Of a DNA stretch of 64,000 nucleotides, positions 58,090 through 64,000 are shown in pieces (within the stretch, counting starts at the first letter, position 1; each line of letters starts with the position of its first letter). Below the pieces are notes generated by a model. It saw only the letters and a list, made by a program, of their open reading frames with translations. It did not search any database and was not told where the DNA came from. The position numbers were made by a program, and so were the translations under genes. The stretch comes from a candidate division FCPU426 bacterium (GTDB lineage: Bacteria > Oederibacteriota > Muellerivitia > Muellerivitales > Muellerivitaceae): positions 1 through 64,000 of the forward strand of contig CAWKAR010000050.1 in NCBI GenBank assembly GCA_963847625.1, in the 5' to 3' direction.

Positions 58090-59666
58090 ACGAAGAGCGT
58101 GGCGGACAAGGGCGGCAAGTTCATGTCGAATTGGTTGTTGCTGAGCTTGCCCGGTTTTTCCGCCTTGATCTCCGGGGAGTGGGAATCAAACCCATAGCAG
58201 GTGTAACCGGCGAATTCGGAATTTGACTGAATCTTGAATTTGCCGTGGACCGCGTCCTTCTGGTTCTTGTTGAGGACCAATACCCACAGCACTCCCGGAG
58301 TCTTCGGATCGGTGGAGGCGTAAATCGAGGTTTGGGCGACGTCCTCAGTGGCGGCGGAAACCGAGGTTCCGCCAAAGGCGGCCCCGTTCCCGTCGTAATT
58401 GCGGTAAATCTTGAAAGCGGCCCGGTTGTAGGGTTTCAAATCACCCCAATAGTTGGCCATGAAAACCGAGTTTTTCCCGAAGATGCCCAGGACGTCCGCC
58501 TGGGCCAGGCCGCCGGAAACGTGGTTGCCCGCCCCGTAGTCGTATTCGGTGAAAGCAAGCTTGGTGCCGGGATAGCGGGTGTCGATCTTCTCCTTGACCC
58601 AGGGGATCAAAGTGATGGGTTGGCCCTTGGTGGAATACTGGGTGATCCAGCTCTTCTCCACGTAGCCCGGGTCCCAGAGACTGCGCGGGGCCTGTAGCCG
58701 CGCCTCCACGCTCTCGGGGGAAGTGTCACCCTCGGTGATGCGCTTGCCCCCTCCCTGGGCTTCGGGATACCAGTGAAGGTCCAAAACGTGCAGAAGGCGC
58801 TGGTGGTCCCTGCTTTCCAGGTATTTCATTTGGTCCAGGTAAAAGTCCAGGAAACTCCCGAACTGCTTGTTGATGTCCGCCGCGTCGGGGGAATCCTGGA
58901 GGGTAAGAAACTCCTGCCAGCCGTAGCACACGGGGCCGAAAATCATGGCTGTGGGGTCCACTTTCAAAATGCCGAGGGCCGTCAACTCGGTGGCATTCAC
59001 CATCTCCCAGTACCCGGTTTTCCGGGGATGGATGCGGGGATGGGTGGAAGGCCAGAGGGCGGGCTCATTATCCAAGTCATAGAACCTCACGCCCCCCTCC
59101 AAGCCTTTCTTGTAGTTGGCGGTCAGGAAATTCACGAACTCGTCGACGTAAACCGCGGGAGCGTCAGGGTCCGGGGTCAGGGAGAAAGCCCTTTCCTTGC
59201 GGGGCAATACCTTTTTCCAGCGGGGAGAGGGCGCGGTTTCTTTCTCGCTGACCTCCCCCTTCTTGTCAGTGGAGACGTAACCCGCCATTTGGACAGTCAC
59301 GAGGGATTCCATGCCGGCCTTTTGGTTGGCCTCCACGAAATGGCGGACGAAGGCTCCCGGCTGGTCGCAGTCGGTGTAATGGTGGTCGTCGCAAAGCCAG
59401 TTGTCGCTCACATGGTGCCAGTCGTTGCCGGCGTTGGAGGCGTTGGTGACCCAGTTGTACCCCGTCAAGCGGTTTCCTCCCAGGCGCCGCACCGTGGCGT
59501 GGGTTTCGAGGGGGTCCGTGTCGTTCAGGCCGTAGACATAAGGGCTGATGGGGCCGATGACTTCCTCTGGCATCACCAAAAAGTTGATGTCGGCGGCGCG
59601 GGCTCCGGAAAGGAAAAGCCACAAGGCTGGAAGAAGGCACCACTGGAGAATTTTTCGAATTGGCAT
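58080..59666 (-). CDS. GH44 endoglucanase/xyloglucanase
   Basis: RLGGNRLTGYNW, NAGNDW, LDNEPALW..TH..IHP, LDLHWYP, FTEY; signal peptide. Confidence 0.93.
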   Translation of the reverse strand: MPIRKILQWCLLPALWLFLSGARAADINFLVMPEEVIGPISPYVYGLNDTDPLETHATVRRLGGNRLTGYNWVTNASNAGNDWHHVSDNWLCDDHHYTDCDQPGAFVRHFVEANQKAGMESLVTVQMAGYVSTDKKGEVSEKETAPSPRWKKVLPRKERAFSLTPDPDAPAVYVDEFVNFLTANYKKGLEGGVRFYDLDNEPALWPSTHPRIHPRKTGYWEMVNATELTALGILKVDPTAMIFGPVCYGWQEFLTLQDSPDAADINKQFGSFLDFYLDQMKYLESRDHQRLLHVLDLHWYPEAQGGGKRITEGDTSPESVEARLQAPRSLWDPGYVEKSWITQYSTKGQPITLIPWVKEKIDTRYPGTKLAFTEYDYGAGNHVSGGLAQADVLGIFGKNSVFMANYWGDLKPYNRAAFKIYRNYDGNGAAFGGTSVSAATEDVAQTSIYASTDPKTPGVLWVLVLNKNQKDAVHGKFKIQSNSEFAGYTCYGFDSHSPEIKAEKPGKLSNNQFDMNLPPLSATLFVCR

Positions 59667-59778
59667 GGGATGCTCCTGACTGGTCCGGGATGAAGGTAAA
59701 AACCCGGCTCATAATAGCTCAAGGGCCGCCTTTATCCCACCAGAAGGGAAGATAGTCCTTCGGCGCCAGACCCCGCGT

Positions 59779-61134
59779 TTAGTACCGGCTTCCCGGGCGG
59801 CGTTCCCCCAAAAGCTTATAGTTTTTTTCCGAGATCGCCTTTTGAACCAGGGGCCTGTTCAAGTAAAGGGACTGGGTGCGCATCATTTCCATCAAGTATC
59901 CACCTTGGAACCAGAGACTGGCCGCGAGGCAAGCGATGCCGGCCCACCGCCAAAGGGCTTTTCGAGACAAGCGCGCCCAAGCGTAAAAGGAATAAACCGC
60001 CAACAGGGGCATCAGGATATAGAAGGAGGTGGCGGAGGTTCCCTTGGCGTTGAACCAGAAGGCGGCCCAGGCCAGGAAAAAACCGAAAAAGGCCGCCCAA
60101 ACCGCCGGCCGGGCTTCGGGATGCCGGTCATCCTTGAACCAGCGATCCATCCCCCGGGTGAGAAGCCGGATATTCATGTTGACGCAAAGGTATAGGAACA
60201 GGACCAAGGGTTGCAGCCAACCGGCTAAGAGCAGAAAAACCGCCGGAAGGATCAGCCAGGGGGCGTTTTCCAGGAAAAGTAAACGAAAATGCGTGTTCGC
60301 ACCCAGGGACTTGGGTATCTCAAAGGAGACGATGGAAAAATACCGGGCCAGGACCGTGAAAAAAGCCAGGAAATTTTCCCGGTTGAAACCCACCGCCAGG
60401 CCCATTCCCCCCGCCTCCTGATGGATTCCATAACGAATCCAAGTGGGAATGAGAAAAACCAGGGGAAAAAACGATCCCAAAATAAATCCCTCAGTTTCCG
60501 GCGCCCATTTCATTTTTCCCCGGCGCCACCTGAGGAGGATAGCCAAGACGATAAAGGGGGGCAGAAGAATCCAGGAATAATGGAACTGCATATTCCAGAA
60601 AAGGCCGAAGCCCATCCAGGCGAAAGCGAACTTGGGGGAAAAGAGTCCGATCGTAAGCTCCGGTGTTGCCTCCAAAAAACCTATGAAAAAGGGGATGCTG
60701 CCGAACAATAAATAGGATGTATTAATGGTATTGGCTGAGATGTGGAGGTTCCAAGGAAGAAAGGAGAGCCAAACGAGGGTGAAGGCAAAGGGGATTTCGG
60801 GGACGCGTTTTGTGATGTACCAGGCCAGGAATCCCAAGGCCCCCATCGAAAGCAAGTTCAGCAAAATAAAAGGGGCTTCGGGGATGGCCCAGAGATGGAA
60901 GGGAAGTCCGGTCAAGAGGCCCTCCAGCGCCCCTGGAATCTGGGATTCGAAATTTTTCTCCAGCCAGAACAGGTCGGGGCCGAAATAAGGCCAGGTGCCG
61001 GTCGAATAGCACTTCAGCCCGATGAGGTAGGTTTGCAACTCATCCGTGGAGAAGAAGGGCTGGGAAAGCCCGAAGGCCAGCCGGAAGGCGAACAAGAATA
61101 AAAACAAGAAAAAGAATTTTAACCGGTTCGACAA
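59779..61134 (-). CDS. GT-C-like polytopic membrane protein, paralog 1 of 3
   Basis: DELQTYLIGLK, WPYFGPD, QIPGALE, MQFH.SW, LGERRPGSRY. Confidence 0.75.
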   Translation of the reverse strand: MSNRLKFFFLFLFLFAFRLAFGLSQPFFSTDELQTYLIGLKCYSTGTWPYFGPDLFWLEKNFESQIPGALEGLLTGLPFHLWAIPEAPFILLNLLSMGALGFLAWYITKRVPEIPFAFTLVWLSFLPWNLHISANTINTSYLLFGSIPFFIGFLEATPELTIGLFSPKFAFAWMGFGLFWNMQFHYSWILLPPFIVLAILLRWRRGKMKWAPETEGFILGSFFPLVFLIPTWIRYGIHQEAGGMGLAVGFNRENFLAFFTVLARYFSIVSFEIPKSLGANTHFRLLFLENAPWLILPAVFLLLAGWLQPLVLFLYLCVNMNIRLLTRGMDRWFKDDRHPEARPAVWAAFFGFFLAWAAFWFNAKGTSATSFYILMPLLAVYSFYAWARLSRKALWRWAGIACLAASLWFQGGYLMEMMRTQSLYLNRPLVQKAISEKNYKLLGERRPGSRY

Positions 61135-61193
61135 GAACCCTCCTGGAAACTTTATTTTTAAATTTTAAATGAATGGGCGGTTGAAATCACTTT

Positions 61194-62540
61194 TTAATAA
61201 AGGCTCCCGGCGCGGCGTTCTCCCAGCAAGTGGTAATTCTTATCCTGGATGGCTTTCGCCACCTGGTCCCGGTTCAGGTAAAGGGATTGCTGGGGCATCC
61301 GGTGGAGGATCAGCCCCAATTGGAAAAAGAAACTTACCACCAGGCATATCCTGCCCAAGATCCTGCAGATGGGTTTCACCGCCAGGCGATCCCAAACATA
61401 AAAGGAAAATAGGACCACAACCGGAAAGTAGACAAAATAAATATGGGCCACCGGCTCTTTCTGGGTGAACCAAAAGCTCATATAAAGCGTGAGGAAGGCC
61501 GCCCAGGCTAAAAGGTAAACCGCCAAAGCGTCCGGACGGAAGGCGCTTTTGATCTTTCCTTTCGCCAGCAAAACCAACGGCTGGATCAATCCCAGGCCCA
61601 GCATGACGAGGGGCTGAATCCAGCCCGCCAATATCAGGAAAAGCCCGCAGGGAAACAACCACGGGACCTGCTTGACCAAAAAATCCCAACGGTCATTAAA
61701 GTGATCCCCGATGAATTGGGGTATCTCGTAGCAGGCTAGGGAAAGGTAACGCGCAAGAATCGTCACGAAGTCGAGAGCATGACTGCCGTTGAAAAGTGTG
61801 ACCGTGCTTCCACCGGCGAATATACGATCCCATCCGTAACGCAGGAAGGCCGGCAGGACCAGAGCCACGGGGGGAAGCGAACCCAGGATGAAATAGAGGG
61901 CACCCTGTGAAGCCCGGCCCCAACCCGCCCGGCGGCCGTAAAGGAAAAGCGCGGCCGGAACGAAGGGTACAAGCAGGATCCAGGAGAAATGAAACTGCAT
62001 GTCCCAAAAGAGGCCGAAACCCATCAGGGCGAAAGCCCAGGAGGGGCCGGGAAATCCACCGGAAAGGGCCGGGATGGCTTCCAGGACCCCGATGAAAAAA
62101 AGGACGCTTCCAAACAGCAGGTAGCTCGGGTTCAGCACCCAAGTCGATTGGTTCAAGGTCCAGGGCAAGAGGGCCGTCCAAGCGAAAATAAAGAGGAATG
62201 GGATTTCCTTGAGCCGCCTGGAAAGCCACCCACTCAAAAGCGCGATGGACGAAAGAGAGAGCAAGTTCAGAAAAAGAAAAGGAGCTTCCGGAATCGGAAG
62301 AAGGAAAAAGGGCCCTCCCACCAGGAAGGCCTCCAGCGCGCCGGGAATTTGGGCCCGGACCGACCCGTAAAGAACCAGGTCAGGCCCAAAGAAGGGCCAA
62401 TCCCCGGTGCAGTACCACTTCAAACCGATCAGGAAGGTTTGGAGGCGGTCCTGGTCCATAAAGTCCCCGCTCAGGCCGAAGGCCGTGCGGAAAAGGAAAA
62501 GGAAAATAAAAAGAAGGATGAATTTCATTCTCGCGGACAA
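61194..62540 (-). CDS. GT-C-like polytopic membrane protein, paralog 2 of 3
   Basis: DRLQTFLIGLK, WPFFGPD, QIPGALE, LGERRAGSLY. Confidence 0.75.
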   Translation of the reverse strand: MSARMKFILLFIFLFLFRTAFGLSGDFMDQDRLQTFLIGLKWYCTGDWPFFGPDLVLYGSVRAQIPGALEAFLVGGPFFLLPIPEAPFLFLNLLSLSSIALLSGWLSRRLKEIPFLFIFAWTALLPWTLNQSTWVLNPSYLLFGSVLFFIGVLEAIPALSGGFPGPSWAFALMGFGLFWDMQFHFSWILLVPFVPAALFLYGRRAGWGRASQGALYFILGSLPPVALVLPAFLRYGWDRIFAGGSTVTLFNGSHALDFVTILARYLSLACYEIPQFIGDHFNDRWDFLVKQVPWLFPCGLFLILAGWIQPLVMLGLGLIQPLVLLAKGKIKSAFRPDALAVYLLAWAAFLTLYMSFWFTQKEPVAHIYFVYFPVVVLFSFYVWDRLAVKPICRILGRICLVVSFFFQLGLILHRMPQQSLYLNRDQVAKAIQDKNYHLLGERRAGSLY

Positions 62541-62586
62541 GGGTTTCCTTCCGAATCCGGAATCAGAGACAGTATTAAACCAGTTT

Positions 62587-63921
62587 TCAATATACGCTGC
62601 CGGGCCGGCGCTCGCCCAAGCAATGGTAGTCTCTTTCCTGCAAAGCCTTCAGGACAGGCGCGCGGGAAGGAAGCCAACATTGGCTGGGGGCTTCCTCCAT
62701 GGCCCAGGCAGCCTGAAAGTACACGGATGCCACCAGGACCAAGGCGACGGTCCATCTCCAATGTTTCCAATTCCCGAGCCAGGACCAAACATAACAGGAA
62801 TAAATCATGACCAAGGGGAAAAAAACGAAATAAATATGGGTCATGGGTTCCTTGGTGGTGTACCAGAAGCTTACGTAAACCATCACGAATATGGCCAACA
62901 GGAGAAGCTTCAACTCCTTCCAGGCCGGCAAGGCGCTTTTACGTTTGAACCAGGCGAAGAACAGGATGGCCGCTTGGAGGATGCCCAATACCCAGAGAAA
63001 CGCGCCGGGCAGCGCCAGGTAAGGATGGGCCTTCAGGAAGGAAACGCGCTCGTGGGTTCCTCCTCCGATCCACCGGGGCAATTCGAAGCATGCAAGGGAA
63101 AGGAACCGCCCCAGTATGACGTGTAATTTCAAGAAATTAACCTGATTAAAAGAAATGAGGAAACCGGACACGGTTCCAGAAGAACCGAAACCATATTTCA
63201 GGCAGGTGGGGATCAGGAAGGCGGCGGTAGGAAGGCTTCCCAGGAGGAAAAACAAAAGGGGTTTCGGGCCGGGCTTCAGCCTCCATTGGGCGAGCAACGA
63301 AAAGGCCGCCAGGGGAAGCAGGTAGACCCAGGAAAAGTGGAATTGCATGATCCAGAAGAGCGAGAAACCCATGAAGAAGTTGGCCCAGGACGGGGGAATC
63401 CGGCTGACGGAAAAACGGGGGATGGATTCCAGGAAACCGATTGTAAAAAGAACGCTGGGTAAAAAGATATAAGAAGGGTTCAGCACGCGGGTGGATTCCT
63501 GGATCGACCAGGGAACCACGGCGATCCAAACGCAAAGCCAGGGAAAGGATAAGGAAGGAATTCTCTCCCGGATATACCAGGCCAGCAGGAGCACCGCCGC
63601 GGCGGAGATCAAGTTGAGGAACACATAGGGGGATTCGGGAAAGGGAGCCAAACGCAGGGGGAGGGCGATGAAGAGGCCTTCCAGGGCCCCGGGGATCTGG
63701 CTGTGGAAGTTGAGGTTCTCGCCGCCGGCGATGTCCGGCCCGAAATAAGGCCAGGTGCCGGTGGTCAGGCATTTCAACCCGATCAGGTAGGTCTGAATCT
63801 CATCGATGGAATTCCACCTGGAATTGAGCAGGCCGAAACCGAGCCGGAAAAGGAAAATACCCAGAAAAAGAAATAAAATCTGGCGTTTATTCATGCGGGA
63901 AAGGACCTCTTTTAAATCCAT
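62587..63921 (-). CDS. GT-C-like polytopic membrane protein, paralog 3 of 3
   Basis: DEIQTYLIGLK, WPYFGPD, QIPGALE, LGERRPGSVY. Confidence 0.75.
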   Translation of the reverse strand: MDLKEVLSRMNKRQILFLFLGIFLFRLGFGLLNSRWNSIDEIQTYLIGLKCLTTGTWPYFGPDIAGGENLNFHSQIPGALEGLFIALPLRLAPFPESPYVFLNLISAAAVLLLAWYIRERIPSLSFPWLCVWIAVVPWSIQESTRVLNPSYIFLPSVLFTIGFLESIPRFSVSRIPPSWANFFMGFSLFWIMQFHFSWVYLLPLAAFSLLAQWRLKPGPKPLLFFLLGSLPTAAFLIPTCLKYGFGSSGTVSGFLISFNQVNFLKLHVILGRFLSLACFELPRWIGGGTHERVSFLKAHPYLALPGAFLWVLGILQAAILFFAWFKRKSALPAWKELKLLLLAIFVMVYVSFWYTTKEPMTHIYFVFFPLVMIYSCYVWSWLGNWKHWRWTVALVLVASVYFQAAWAMEEAPSQCWLPSRAPVLKALQERDYHCLGERRPGSVY

Positions 63922-64000
63922 TTCTAATAAGTTGCTAAAAAAACTCCAAAACGGATTTTTTCAGCTGACGACATTTGCGGAAACCCCACGATTCCTGCCC

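Overview
Chromosomal window from a GC-rich diderm bacterium; it encodes outer-membrane beta-barrels and a lipoprotein. The Thr/Pro-repeat protein, many GT-C-like proteins, GH12/GH44 and a FlgD/T9SS-like tail fragment resemble candidate phylum FCPU426, but this is inference only. I saw no rRNA, tRNA, CRISPR array or intact mobile element. Layout: (1) 1-4931: 5' part of a giant secreted minus-strand protein with about 1250 residues of Thr-X repeat; the ORF track misses it and shows only its antisense shadow. (2) 5-25 kb: housekeeping and envelope genes (2 SDRs, purE, acyl-CoA dehydrogenase, msrA, GH12, two TPR-beta-barrels, GT-C-like proteins, yceI/HxlR), plus an HPr gene with a stop at codon 4 and a small DUF2934 gene, both absent from the track. 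(3) 25.5-45.3 kb: a redox/anaerobiosis block with a radical SAM protein, four hemerythrin-like proteins, a triple-DUF2249 protein, SOD, ZIP, acs, a porin, an acetyl-CoA transferase-GNAT/ACD/DRTGG operon and two Crp/Fnr regulators. Seven intergenic copies of the palindrome TATGAC-N4-GTCATA tie this block together, five of them at class II activator spacing. (4) 45-55 kb: copA/copZ, aconitase, mdh and neighbours. (5) 56-64 kb: GH44 among four GT-C-like membrane proteins. The best candidates for undescribed systems are the TATGAC regulon with its Cys-rich Fnr-like regulator, the split-Pat-like acetate module, and the mucin-like giant protein with the GT-C expansion. All family calls come from motif recognition, not database searches.
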